DNA of 44,355 bases, from NCBI GenBank assembly GCA_021432655.1, contig MU271288.1, positions 62,001-106,355 of the forward strand, read 5' to 3'. The DNA is from Atractiella rhizophila (lineage: Eukaryota). The position numbers and the translations under genes are program-made. The notes under the pieces are model-generated. The model worked only from the letters and a program-made list of their open reading frames with translations. It searched no databases and was not told where the DNA came from. Below are positions 22,466 through 35,989 of this stretch, piece after piece (position 1 is the stretch's first letter; the number at the start of each line of letters is the position of its first letter).

Positions 22466-22993
22466 AGCAGACCCGTCGCCCAAGGGGTCGGAGTTGGTCG
22501 GCGATAAAACTGGTCGACCAGTTTTGACCTGCTTTTTGGCTGCAAATTTTCTCAAAATTGAAGCGCAAAACCATTTTTCGCTTGCGGCCTCCGGCCGCTT
22601 CCGCAAACCCCTGCGGGCGACCAGTTTGCCGGGATGGCTATCGTCCCGTCCATACCTGGCTTTTGAGTTTCCGGCTGGGACGAGGTTTTCATCGTCCTCG
22701 TCCTTGAGAATCAAGGTTGGACGGTTTGAAGAACGGGACCAAGAAGGACGGTGAGGACGGTTAAAGGACGAGGGGAAAATGTGATATCAGTGTCATTGCA
22801 TTGTCACAATGAAGAGTACGATGATCAGCCGGATTGATCATCATGCGGAGCAGAAGCGGCAAACTGGTCGCCCACAAGCGAAAAATGGTTTTGCGCTTCA
22901 ATTTTGAGAAAATTTGCAGCCAAAAAGCAGGTCAAAACTGGTCGACCAGTTTTATCGCCGACCAACTCCGACCCCTTGGGCGACGGGTCTGCT
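22466..22993. repeat. Long inverted repeat / foldback-like element
   Basis: 22466-22584 is the exact reverse complement of 22875-22993 (119 bp). Similarity extends inward (GGGCGACCAGTTTGCCG) after a ~30-bp indel. No direct TSD on the outer flanks. Confidence 0.9.
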
Positions 22994-24205
22994 CCCGTCA
23001 TGGTGGTAAGTTTCACCACCTCTACGCAATTCGCGACCCTTTTAAAAACGGTGAGGGTGCGCCATAAATTTCGCCTGCGGCGCGTAAAAAAGAGCATAAG
23101 CAGTCGGTCGTTCGTTATTGTCTTCGAAAGGCCTTTTTCCATTCGTTCTTTGTTGTACACATTCCCAAGCAGCCTTTGACAGGCTACTCATTCTTTATGA
23201 CCCGCTCTACCCAAGTCCAGCCCTCCCAAGTTCTGCTCAAATACGGCAACAGAAACGGATACGGAATTGGATTGTTTCAAGTTTGGATTTTGAAGGCTTC
23301 GAAGTTTGAATTGGAAAAATGCAGTATAGGTTGCTGAGGAAGTTGTGCTCAAGTTTTTCAGTGTTGCTCAATTTGGCAACGCTGACGGTCGGCATCACTT
23401 TCATCGTTGGGTGCGTTCTTCCTTCTCTCAAATTCTCCCGTTTTTGATGTCTGACGACATGGCAACAGTCTACTTAACCAGCAACACCGTTTTCTCATAC
23501 ATTCTCTTCATCTCCATCAAATTCTCATTGCTTTAACCCCATCATTTCACAGGAACTCTTCCCCAACGCCCACATCTCGACTCATCTGCTTTTGCCTGCA
23601 GACTGGTTGCTGCTTGGTGCAACAGTGCGTGTTTTCCTAGCTTCCTCCCGCACGCAGTCTAACAAACGATAAACGATGTGTCCAAGAGCTTTGGCATTGC
23701 TATTTCGACCTACACGCTCTGGACCATCTATTTCCCCTATGGCTGGGAGATTCCACACGCAACTCGCCAGCAAAAGATCTTTCTCAAACAGATCTTGTTT
23801 GGCTTTATGCTTATCATCGAACTCGTCGCACTCTTAGTCGCTACTGTGCGTCATTTTCATACTTCTTTTCCACTCCTTCCTGACAAGCTATTTTATGATG
23901 TAATATTTGGTCTTGGCATCGTAGGCGACTGAACCCTGTTTTCATAGAGCGTCAAGAACAAGAAGTCAAACGTTCCTTTGTGCACCTGATGCCTGTCCAA
24001 TGTAAGACCAGATTCTTCTTCTGACTAGTCTTACCTCAGTCGCTCCAGTGCTCCATTCAAGTGTTGATCCCAAAGTGTCGATAGAAGGCAGCAAACCATC
24101 TTCCTCCGACAACTCTTGTTCTTCCGCACCATCACAGCTTGACAGTACAAAACGGTAGCAACACTCTCGTATTCAGCAAAACTTACGCAGAAGGCTAATC
24201 AGCGT

Positions 24206-24888
24206 ATGAAGGTGTTTCAAGAAGATGAGGACTTGCAACCAAATATCTGGTTTAGTCTCCCTCCACTGATCTGGATGGAGGATCCTCTGGAAATCTATCG
24301 CACGAGGTCGAAAACGGATTTGAAGGAGTGGTCTCAAATGGCATGGGATATTATGTCCACTCCTGGTTTGGGTTTCCTTCATTCGTCTTCTTATTCAATT
24401 CTGAGGCTGATTATTCATTTTTAGGCTATTCGGTAGTTTTGGAATACATCTTCAGCGGAGCACGAGAACGATATGGATCTGCCGCACACGCCTCAAGCCC
24501 AACACTATTCAGTCTCTCATGGTTCTTAAGGCTCAACTACGATCGGAGAGAGATCGAAAGGCAAAGAAACAAAAGGCAGATCTGGCTGCCATTGCAAAAG
24601 GAAATTCAAGTTGAGCATGCTTAAAAGTTCTTTATACATACATTCACATCTTGACTTCTCAGCTTCACTCAACACGCTTTATTTTACATTATCTAGCCTA
24701 GTAATGTCAACATTGCATGTTATTACACGACATGAGGCGTGTGCCGGCTACAAACCCGTTACAGCCACCTTTGACGTGCGACTCAGCGAATGGAACACGT
24801 CTCCCCGTATCCGCCCGCATTCACTTGATGTGACGAAGCTCACATCGCCCCCTACACACGTCACGCCACGCCACGTTGTGCATCCCTA
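24206..24888 (+). mobile_element. 3' remnant of a hAT element: dimerisation-domain pseudogene plus right terminus
   Basis: DPLEIY...WSQMAWDIMSTPG | intron | YSVVLEYIFSGAR resembles the hAT motif A.D....P.SS...ER.FS. CACG/CGTG subterminal repeats end in GTGCATCCCTA at 24888 (TIR TAGGGATGCAC). Confidence 0.75.
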
Positions 24889-27240
24889 GTCGGCCGCTCC
24901 CTTTCTTTGTCATTCGCCGCAGAAAACTCTCCCTTCCCTAAATCACCAATTGAAACGAGCGGCCGACCATCCAGACGCCGAAATCCGTCACGACAATGTC
25001 GCAATCGCAATCGAAATCAATATGGCACCTTCTACTTCACAACATTAACCGTTAGCCCGATAAAACGCCCTAAGAAACCCGCACAAGCCAAAGTTAATCG
25101 TCATCAAATTGATGAGCCTCATCGTACAGCCCCGTTTTCACCGTCGCGCATCAAGCAAATAGTGCAACCAGTCATTCTTTCTATTGCAAGTCAAATGAAC
25201 TACGGAAGGAAGTATGCGGAATTCGGCGTCACTTTTGTCGGCCGCTCATTTAGCAAGCAATACCCGATTGGCTGCAGTTACTTATTGACCCGGCCATGGC
25301 GGAGGGCTGTTTCGATGGCAAATGGATTGCTCGTAGAAAGGCTGTTACTCCACAAAGCGTAATATCACGAAGAAATCCTTTGAACCAAATGAGCTTGATC
25401 ATGCTTCTCCCAGTCAAAATCGTTCACTAAGGAGCTAGTCGAAGAAGCGGGAAAGAACGGACCAGTCCGTGATGCCGAGGAGTAGGAGAGCAGGGAGTTC
25501 ACAAATGAACAAATGACTAGCTTCTTAGTCTACTCAACAGACAGCTCAGCCTTGTTTGATACCTGGAGGACGGAAAATGCATTCGGGAACTCAGGAAAAA
25601 TCACTTGAAACAATGACAAAACTGTGGTCACAACAATGAGGAATGTCGAAACCCGAGGACAAGTCCAATTCCCCACAGGCCTCAGGCATCAGCTTGCCAT
25701 TTGACCAATATGAACCTATGACAGGTGATATTGGTATATTGGCTGCTGGGAAGGTATCCGCCTATGGACAGGCTCCTTTGGCTACCTTTAATGAGTTTAA
25801 GAGGGCGACAGGGTGCGAGGCTGTGAGGTGCGAGACCAACCAATAAGGATGTAGTCTCGCACTCGCAGGGCAACTCGCTTTTATCAGAGAAAGATGCTGA
25901 ATAATGAGAAGGCGTGATTGGAAGTGAAGAGAAAACTTGAACACACACCACAGAAAGGTAAGGATACTAAGAGAAGTGAATGCTCCCAGAAAGTAGGAGG
26001 CGTAAGTGTTCCGGTCACCCCATCACCTTTGAGGTATGTAAATGCAAGGTTCCAATAAACTGTTCTTTATGCACTTTGCATAGGTCTCTATTAGAGTCGA
26101 CCTTTGCTCCTGAAAGCAGGCGAGAGTGCCACTAATAACCTATCGTGCTATGGCTCAATAGATCCTATATCTGGAAAGTGGAAGTTAGTAGAATCCAAGT
26201 ACACAGTTAACCACCGATCGAACAAGCTAAGAAGGCAAGAGCGGCTGCAGGTATGACTCCTTGATGGAATTCATTAGTGTGCCATAGTGTGCTTTGCAAA
26301 CTCGACCTTTACGAGGTTTTCCGTTTTCTGCCTTGTGACAAAGGGGTCGTTTGGCGTGAGGATGAACCGCCGAATGAACCGACGGGTTGCAAGCCCTCCA
26401 CTGTTATCGCATTCCTGAAATCTATACTTATTTATCGGATAAGTGTGGTCACATATTTTGGAACCTGCTGTGGCTTCGAAACCGGTTGTGTGAATCGCTG
26501 CCCTTAAGCCCACAAAGGAGCCGCTGAGCACGTACAGAGGAGGCTAGGAGGTGTCGAATGCTGTCGCTTTCTCCCTGTTCCCTGCAGGCCGAGTGACCGG
26601 CTTTGACAAAATTTGATGTTGTGATACCTACTAAATTTTAAAGTATTACTAACAGCTTGCTACAACTGCTTCTGGACCAGCCTCACAATTTGAGCAAAAC
26701 CTCAAACTAAAAAGATTTCAACTTGAACGATATAAATTCCTACAACGTCTCCACTTAGGAGATTTATCCGCAGTTTTGGAAGACACCATTCCTCTTCAAG
26801 ATCCGGTTATTTCCAGATTTGAGACTATGACGTGCCAGGGGACTTCGCTTGCTGCTCCCAACGATGAACACCCTCTTTTCTGCTTCAAGGTTAAAACTAA
26901 GGACTCCTGGACTTATGACACTCATCAACATCTTTCTGATCGACGTGAAGATACTATAGTTCTTATAGATCGTCGCTTGAACGTGCGTCACGCCAAAGTT
27001 TGTGTACCCCATCTTCGTAAGTCCTTCATCAACAGTCCATTGGGTTCTGACCTGACAACATTACTTGGAAGCTCCGCAACGTTCTGCCACCCATTCCCAG
27101 TCCTTGGACCTCCAGAACATTCTTCTCCAACAATGTTACCCCAGCCTCTCCTTCTCAACCTGTCGATTCCCAACCAAAACCTCGATAAAAGGAGGCAGAC
27201 CTCTAGAGCTTTTGTCATTCCTGCAAACCGGTCTATCAAC

Positions 27241-27465
27241 ATGGTGTCCAAAAGGCTGGCTCGACAAATCAAGATTGTAGACATGGTGAAGCAGAATAAT
27301 GAAGAAGGAACTGCCATCAGCAAGGCAGAGCAAAAGAAGTGTGAACGAGAAGCGTATGTCTATGTCCCTTGACGACTTGTCCTGTTCATTGACTATTATT
27401 TGTGTGATAGGAACTCTGACATTCCTGGATACAATGCTGCAACGATAGGACATGATCAAGATTAT
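27241..27465 (+). pseudogene. Exon-1 fragment of a third copy of the N-terminally extended hAT-like gene
   Basis: VDMVKQNNEEGTAISKAEQKK and DIPGY...DY|gt match VDIAKRNKEDGTALSQSKKR and KIPGY...NY|gt in 1819-1562. Confidence 0.6.
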
Positions 27466-27499
27466 GTGTGTTATTTCACTTGATACGGTCTCAAATTTT

Positions 27500-29259
27500 C
27501 ACCCATCAAGTATAGACTACTTATAATTGCCTGATCTCGCAGGAGCTATCCAAGATTTCGAAGCAGATACCCTCGACGCGGCACTTGACTGGATCATGGT
27601 GGCGAGGGGCTTCACCCCCTTGTGCCGAAATCCTGCGCTTGTGATCTTCTTTTTCAAGATCTGTAATCTGAATTTCATTTGCAGAAGGCAGTATCCACTG
27701 GAGGTAGATAAAAAGTTCTTGTAGAGCTGGACTATCAACAATCGAAAAGAGAAGGTCTTCTTCCACAATGAGAATGTTGAGAAGATCAGCAAAGATGGTT
27801 GGCTCAAAGGTCTACAAACTTCTTAGTATGAGTTAACAATATTCAGCGAAATTCATACCTGCGATTCATATTTCTGTGCCACCCTCCGCAGAATTTCATT
27901 CATTCCTCTGACCTTCTTTCTCGAGTTTTGCCTGTCTTTTCGTTTGATCTATTCTCAGCTCGCATCAGAGGGTACTATCTGCTGCATTGATATGAAGACA
28001 CAAACCGGTACTGTTCCTGCTGCCTTCCGAAGTTCCTCCTCTGTAATCTCCATCTTTCTTGCTCGCTTCTCCTTTATGAGGGCAAAGAACCGAGCTACCG
28101 TTCTTCCATGGTGGTCAGATAGATGATGGCTGAGTGTCTTCGTATTTCCATTGCTGGCCATGCTGGATCGAAGGACCGTGACACAGTGATTACAGCGAAA
28201 ATATTTGTCTCCTGTCTTGTGTTTTGGTTTGAGATAACCAGGAACCTCACTCCAATTGACAGAATGGTAGAAATAGCGGACAACAGCATGCCGTGGGTTG
28301 TACGTGATCAACGGAATCTGTTATGAGATTAGAATTACATAGGGACAGCAGGGATGTCAGGACATAAGGGGTCTTTATTCTCTGGTACATCTGGTACTCT
28401 CACGTTGGCCATAAACGTCGATCTTGTAACTGAATCTCCACCAGAATTAAGCTGTTACAAACCAAGGTCTCATCAGTTACTTCACACATATGTTATAGAA
28501 CATACCTTCGTCCACTTGTTCTTCTTCTTTGATCCATCTATTTTCGGAGTCAATATATCTGCAATTTCATCACCATCAATTACATGAGGCTCCAGCTCCA
28601 TCCTCAGGTCTTCTCTTTAGTCCTCATCCTGCTCCTTTTGATCTGGCATAAAGAGCTGATCAGGTCCCATCAAATCAACTAAACCTTCAGAAAGTAGGGT
28701 GGCATGGATGTGTTCTGCTGCAGCACAGAGGCAGGCTTTGGGAGCACGCAAAGTCACCTCAGGGATGGAGGAAACTTGATGGAGTCGTTTCCAGAGGGTT
28801 GCAAACGCTTTGAGCCAATCTTGATATCCGATGTCCATAGGGGATGAAGGGAACCATCCTGAGAACGCAGCATGGAAGGGATCATTGTTATCTTCTGCCT
28901 GGGAATCAAGCTGATCTAAAAGAGCAACAGTTTTCTTATACATAGCTGATGTTTTCTGTGGAACTATTAACATTGATACGGATACTAATACAGTGGAAAG
29001 AGAATAACGTACAGGGTCAGCATCCCAAAGGATTGTCGTACTGGCACAGACTAAAGCTTTGATGAATTCGTATCCAGGGATTTCATGCAACCTTTAACTC
29101 CAATTCAACCACTACCAACCACAGTCACTGGCACTCACTTCTCCTCCAAATCTTTCTTCTGCTGCTGCTCAGTCAATGCAGTGCCTTCTTGTTATTCCAC
29201 TTTGACATGTCTTTCGAAGTCCGCTGTCGCTGAGTCCTTCTGTGGCCTTGTGGAGCCAT
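27500..29259 (-). pseudogene. Second N-terminally extended hAT-like transposase gene, 3'-truncated
   Basis: 28617-29090 aligns with 1028-1819 (IPGY, DN..P.H.AFS.W.P, DIG, LW..L.QV, KA..CA.A..IH..L...GLVD). BED-like YFRCNHC...LSHHLSDHH; EEDLLFSIVDSPALQELF...LPSANEI is hAT-like. Confidence 0.75.
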
Positions 29260-29499
29260 TTTGAAGTTGATGGAGGAGAGTCGGTGGCTTTATGGATCGG
29301 AGTGTGGGAGACATGTTACAGTATTGTTTTGTTTAACTGCAACTCAATGTATTCATATTTCCTGAAGATCAGAGCATCCAAGAGTACCCACTTTCATCTG
29401 GCTTGACAGAAGCACGTGCAAATTCGCTAGAACTTGTTCGTCCAAAATCCCACGAATGGGCCAAACCTTTAAGCAATCTTATGCAGCCTAACCTGCTCC

Positions 29500-31333
29500 A
29501 GCTACCGTACTACACGGATCTTCTCGGTAGAAACATACGGATCATGAATCGAGGTTGTACCATATCGTAATGTCCTGGGTGGTCAGACACCAAGGACAGC
29601 CGAGTACGAGAACACATATCATACACGTATGCCCTGGTCATGACAGGATGATCTCTATCTCTAGGAACAATGTTGACAGAGTTTTCACTTATTGTCCGGA
29701 AATTACTAAAGACCTTATTTATCCTGAGGCTCCTCAATTCCTTACCTGGAAGTCAGGCTCATGCTGTTGGAAAATCCGGGAGATACAAGAAGCTGTTGGC
29801 TGTATCTACCATGATGTGCTGTCATAAAGGGAGTTATTGTATATTCAAATGGTTATGCATCAAGTCACCAGCCCAAAATTTTTTGAGGATATCCAGACAG
29901 TAGAGGGAACTGTCTATTAGACTTTCAAGGCTACATATGTGGCTCTTGGGCTGTTAGAAAGTGACAAAGAATGAGATTATTGTCTTAATGAAGCCAGCAT
30001 GTTTAAAATGGCTTTTGATGTAATCTCTGTTTGTCTACATTCCGCTATTCAGAGTTGCCAGCGAACCCAGAAGATTATGGAACAGCCATCATGAGCAACT
30101 TAGTGAGGATTGTAAACACCTTCTATGGACAAAATATAGTATAGACAATCCAACAAATGAGCAAATTATCAGCTTCTGTCTCCTCAAAATTGAAGGTCTT
30201 GTCAGGCTCATGGTAGATCCCTAAGTGATTTTGGACTACCACAACCTGCAGAGTGACTAGAAAGATGGGGAGGTGAGACAAGGATTATTGGAGAAGAACT
30301 TGCATATGACCGACCACTACTTCAGGTATGTATTCAGACAGAGGAATCTGGACCAACATCATGCCTATGACACGGTTGTAGAAGCATGGCAAAGTGGAAA
30401 TGGTGGAGTGAATATGTGCCTGCTCCGTTGTCAGGCCGAAATGAGCAGCCAAGACTTGGCTATTGCCTCTGGCTTTGCTGAATGGTTGTTGTCAGTTGGT
30501 AATGGCCCAAGTCATGGAAGACTGTGGCTATGGTCCATTGACTATGAAGGACCAAACAATAGTCCAGCGATCCCGTGATCTGGACGGTCTCCTGACTGAC
30601 ATCTACCCTGGACTGAGCACCATAATGCAAGATGTCAACCCAGTCGAGTTGAGGCAATACTTTCAAGAGCACATGGTCCTTACGGCCTGGAATGTTGATG
30701 TTGCCATGATAAACGATCAGCTTATTTGACAATTCGTCTCCCGACAGGAATGGATCTACCTTACTGCTGACCGATTAATGGATGATAGTGAGAACATCAA
30801 CAAGGCTTCATAGTTAAATACCTCAATACTCTCAACATGATGGGTCTCCCTCTTCATCGTCTTCATCTCAAAGTTGGAGCCTCTATCATTCCAACATGAA
30901 GCCTCAATCCTTCAGCTGGGCGCTGTAATGGTACATGGTTGATTATCACCCTATTGCACTCATACGTCATTGAGGCTATCATCATTACAGGCTCATTTAC
31001 ATGCACCTCAGTCCTTATCCCACACATTGCATTGGACAGCAAGGTATCTAATTCATTCCGTTTACCTTACGGCGGTTTCAATTCCCTTTCAAATTGGCTT
31101 TCTGTCTCATCATCAACAAGTCACAAGGCCAGTTGGTGGAGACTGTTGGATTATATTTGGACACACCAGTTTTTGCATATAGACAACTTTATATAGGACT
31201 TTCCAGAGTTTTGAATGCTAAGAATCTTCGAGTTTATTTGTACCAAGTGCAAGAGATAGAGAATAAGAGGACAGAAAATACAGTGTACAGAGAAGTTTTG
31301 AATTTTCACAATCGGATGTATGTAGAACTATAA
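29500..31333 (+). mobile_element. Helitron Rep/Helicase remnant, heavily mutated and internally deleted
   Basis: LFILRLLNSLPG; FEDIQTVEG..Y*TFKATYVALGLLESDKE*DYCLNEA; FAEWLLSVGNG; YLNTLN..GLPLHRLHLKVGA; CNGT; AFCLIINKSQGQ...VGLYL..PVF...QLYIGLSRV; TENTVYREVL. Confidence 0.93.
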
Positions 31334-34300
31334 TGAAATCACACAGGTTCATACCAAAACCCATGTACACATGTGCTTGCTGAAGGCATGGCCCCACCCA
31401 GTGGCTGCCAGTGGCAAGAGCTCGATACATTGGCCGCCAGAGGCTGGGGTCAAGGGGCAAACCCCCCTGGCGGGGAGATGCTTGAGGGATGAGGGGACTG
31501 ACATACTTGTCATTTAAAACTGTGAACAGTGCTGCAAGTGATGCCGATAAAAGTCTTAGGGAAAGTATTCAGACATTGTAGGAGTAGCAACAACAGAGTG
31601 TACAGAAAGAGACAGAAGAGAAGGGAGTTGACAGACCCTTTAAAAAAGAAAGCACACATTTTTTTGAGCTGGACCTGCTTCTCTATTTCCTCCGGAGCCA
31701 TTGACAACGCATTCTATTCTCTTTCACACGCTTCAAATCAGTTCTCTCCATCACACGATCAACGGACTGAATCTCCATCCCTGCTTCTAACATCGGCATA
31801 AAGCTTCATTGTGAACTCCTCCATTGGACGCTTCCAGCACTTTTGTCCTGGGTACAAAGGAGGACCCCCACATCTCTAAAATTGTCAGCAGTAATAAAGA
31901 AAGCAGGGACAACCTGGACTGAGCTGGTGTACTCCCCTCTCAGTTGTATACTGTCTCTAACAATCATCGTGCCACCATCGACTTCCATCCCTACATCATG
32001 TTCATATTGCTTCTTGGAATCATGTTGAGGTCTGTAGGAGAGACATCTGTTGATTCAAGCTAGGAATGCTGAGGCTCAGATGCCGGAGGCTGTTGGATCT
32101 TGAGTTGGACTTTTGATGTATAGAGCACCCTTCGGGAAGGCCCAGGATCCTTTTGGGTGCTATGCTTCAACAAGATGTCGGAAGTCACGACGGAATCAAA
32201 TGTAAAGTGGTACGTGTTGCTGAATGTAGTCCCATCCTCCTCCTCCTTCTTCTTCCTGAGTCGAGCACGAATGGAGGGATTTGATGATGAAGAGTTCCTA
32301 GTGGATTGTAGGCTGTCATGAAGAGGGACAGGACGTAAAACCATACATACCGCGAACAATGCTAAAAAAATGTGCCACTGGGCGCAACAGATGTAAATAA
32401 CTCTTGGACAACGAGGATGGAGCATGACATCAACTCGCTCAACCCTGACAGGAGCAGGAGCCATGGCTTCATGCCTAGAGAATTACTGCACAGATGGAAC
32501 CCATCCGACAGGCAGGCACTGATATAACAGAACGTGCGAGTTTTGTGGAGAAAGGGAAGGAGCCATCTAGGAAGGAAATTGAGGTGTATTTGGGTCAGAT
32601 GAAGGTAAAGAAGGAACAGGCATTTACAAACAGGGTCAAGTACACGACGAAAAAGAAGGAGAATTTCAACGAGCACCTTGTCAATTTCAAGTTGGGAGAG
32701 CTGTTCAGAGTTTGCTTATGGAGCATGACTCACTTTCTAGAATATATGGCAAATGGTCTAGAAGGTTCCATCAGGCAGGTGGCAAATAAAGTTAACAATG
32801 GAATATGCTGGAACATTCTGGAACTTGTAGCTGTCTGTGCATAAATACCCTGCTAATGGAGTGAAATATCCAGATTGGTTCTCTTAGAATATCCACTCTA
32901 CTTGGTAGCCTCCCTAGTTGATAGCCTTATAGAATGTCATCCCTAACAAGAGCTCATAATGGGTCCTAGACTGCAGGATTCGAACAAAACACTCATAAAA
33001 CTTGAGGCACGATGGATGGGCCATTTAGCGTGACCGGGAAGAGAGGAAACATCGAAGTGGAGGAAAGGTATACATAGCTGGTGATCCAAACAGAAAGCAG
33101 ACGAGACTATCGAGAAACTGTCGAAAGAAACAGGGAAGGATAAAGGGATGTCTGTCTTCTTGCTGTTGGATTTGGGAAGTCTGGAAGCTGTAGAGAAAGT
33201 GACAGAGGAATGTCTTTCATGTATATCCAATTATACTGCTTCTATGGAGATGTAGATCTAATTCTTTAGATGTGGTAAGGAAACTTGACCTGACCTTGGC
33301 ATCAACAATGCAGAAGTAATGAATCTACTGAGTGGTACTAGTAAGGCACTTGTCCCCTTAAATACTTCTCTCATACATCTGAGCTCAGAGACTATGGACG
33401 GCTTTGAAATACATTGGGGAACAAACGGCTTTAGACATCTTGATTTTACTCTTCCCTTCTTCCACTAATGGGAAGGACAGTGGAATATCAAGAGCCAGGC
33501 CAGGTCAGGATTATGAATTTATCGAGCACTGCTAATCAGGTTGCACTCGATCCTCTAGGAACCATGAAAACCTGATTTGCTAATACAGCTTGCTCCAAAA
33601 GAATGTGTCATCTTGGACAACAAAAAGTGCATCTTGTTTGGGAAAATTGATCCTTCTCATTTGCTTTGCCTTGCTCACATTTTCCAGCTACCTCATCCTT
33701 ATACATTGACAGGCCAGACAAGTGACTATGGTCAATCTAAACTCGGCAACATCCTCTTGACTGTTGCTCTTGCCCACCAATATCTCACGATTGTCTCCCT
33801 CACATATCATCCAGGCATTCACCACTCCATTTTGGAGGCCTGGAGATCCTATTCAAAAGCTCATCCATTGATATATGGTGGATACTCCAGCCGAAGGAGC
33901 ATTAACTCCACTCATCCACATGTTGGATATCCAAGAGGTTGGGTCGCAGACCAATGGGTGGTATGGAAGGCTGTATGGAAGATTGTTCCCTGCTGCTGCA
34001 TTCATGTTTATTTGCCAGCGGAGCTGGATACTGAAAAAACTTGAACAGCTCCTGCACCCTAAAGCCAGTGATGTGGATTTGGCTGACCAAGTGTGGAAGT
34101 GGTGCCAGGACCAATTGCATAGACAAGCTTAAAGACCTTGCATACCTGCCATTTTTGATGCTCAAACATGATCTGGCTACCATGCAGAAAACAGTGCCTA
34201 TCTTACGATACTGTAGAATGTTGGTAGCGATTTACCAATTAACCGTAGCCAGAACACCACACGTTCTTCTATAATCTTCATTTCACCACGTTTCGGCTCT

Positions 34301-34614
34301 CATTATTGTATTCCTTTGCTAAGTCCAGTACAACATTCGGGTGAGAAGAGGCATATGCCAGTTGCTAGTACTTACTGCAAAACTTCACAACGAATCGAAT
34401 GATAAGTCATGCTGACTTGTACTACATACTACTTCATCTAAAGCCTTATTACATTTCTAAATGGTCAACTTATTATATTCAGCATTAGTAAGGGTCTCCA
34501 TTGCGGCTCTTTGAAAGACAATTCAGGTTACAGTGCTACAAAAGATTGGTTGTCACAATGGAAAGGGCGTTACGTTTGTAAATGCATGGTAAGCTCAGAA
34601 TTATTAAGTTTACC

Positions 34615-34740
34615 AGTTAAAAAGCCAGAAAAGAAATTCGGTCCCATAACTCATATCTGTCATTCAACCTATCGTGCCATGCTCTACTACTTGTATTCAA
34701 ACAACATCACATTTGCTGAACTCTCCTTACAAAGGAAGGT
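34615..34740 (+). pseudogene. BTB/POZ-like domain fragment
   Basis: ITHICHSTYRAMLYYLYSNNITFAELS resembles the fungal BTB core I.D....T..A.L.YLYT..I.FAPL.S. Confidence 0.5.
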
Positions 34741-35989
34741 GGATAGGATTCTCTGGGGAGAAGCAGCATTACAGCTTTCAGGAAGCTTTGGTTTGCTCTC
34801 CGGTCTTAAGTTAGAGGCCTTCCGCCATCTCACTGAACAAGGTTTGCGATATCTTCATTCCGTTGAAGGCTTGCTTGAAGGCAACAACTGGTTTCTTCTT
34901 TCTTTCACTGAACATCGCGACGAGCTGCTGAATAGCGATTTGAAGGTGTTAAGGTTGAAAATCCTGCCACTTCCCTTGAGAGGTTGCCAGTGTAGCGAGA
35001 CTGTCCTTCGATGGTACATAGACCGCCACTCGTTGGCTTGAAATCTCACTAATCCGTCTTTAATCACATTCGGGTACTTTCATACCCAGTGCACAACTCC
35101 GCCGTCTCCCCAGATCTGCACCAGGAAGATATGCTTCACTCGGAAGATCGAATGAAACTGGAAGCGGTTACAAAGGGAAGGGCTGATGGTTGTGGCCATA
35201 GCTGGCCGGACCAAATGTCAGCAAAACATGAAGACTGCTCAAGATGATGACTAGGGACCCAAAATTTGAGTCCCGCACGATGTCGTTATTGGCTTCCTCG
35301 GCGTGATGTACGACAGGAATACCCACATAAAATTCATTTCGAGTTGATCGAAATCGCAAACCGAGCGACATTGAGATTCCCCTCGTTACAGTCCTGTGGT
35401 GGATTTCCTAGACTCCAAACTCAACCTGCCGTGGAGGCAAGAACAATGCCCCTGAGAGACCTATAGTACGAGTCACCAAGTCCCTACCCAAATGTGAGCG
35501 TCAACTTTGAAGATGGATCTCCTCACTCAAAATTTATATACCACCTTATCCCTATAAGGTGTATTTTGAGTTGTAAAGACCAAATTTTATTTAAACTGTT
35601 TTGACCAAGTGGATAAAAAATTTCCTGCAAATTTGGCCACCACATCCAGGTATATCTAAAGGCGGAGGTGAGCAAGCTGCACCGGCCACCGGCAAGGTTA
35701 TCACCGAGTTTGGCAAGCGGCTAAGCCTTATCTAGGCGATCGGAGTCGCTCAACAAGAAATTTTTCTGTCACCACAGGGCCTTACCAACCTCACCACTTC
35801 ACCTTTCCACCCTTCCACAGCCTTCTTCCACTGGGACTTATGCCACCAGCTAATGGATGCAAGCATAGCCATCAAAGCAATGCAGCCATTGCACTGCTTT
35901 CCCACCATCCATATCCAAAAGCCAAGCCATGGCCACAGCCCACTCCCACCAATCTTCCTCACCTGTATCGGATGTTGGAGCGAAGTGAA

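Noticed and set aside
26776..27372. 198-aa ORF as a single gene or retropepsin (AFVIPANRSINMVSKRLA)
   Set aside because: No D-[ST]-G motif. The part from ATG 27241 is better explained as exon 1 of the hAT-associated family, so the ORF is probably a chance fusion.
31430..31512. Helitron 3' hairpin + CTRR terminus
   Set aside because: A GC-rich patch is present, but I could not identify a clean hairpin followed by CTAG/CTRR.
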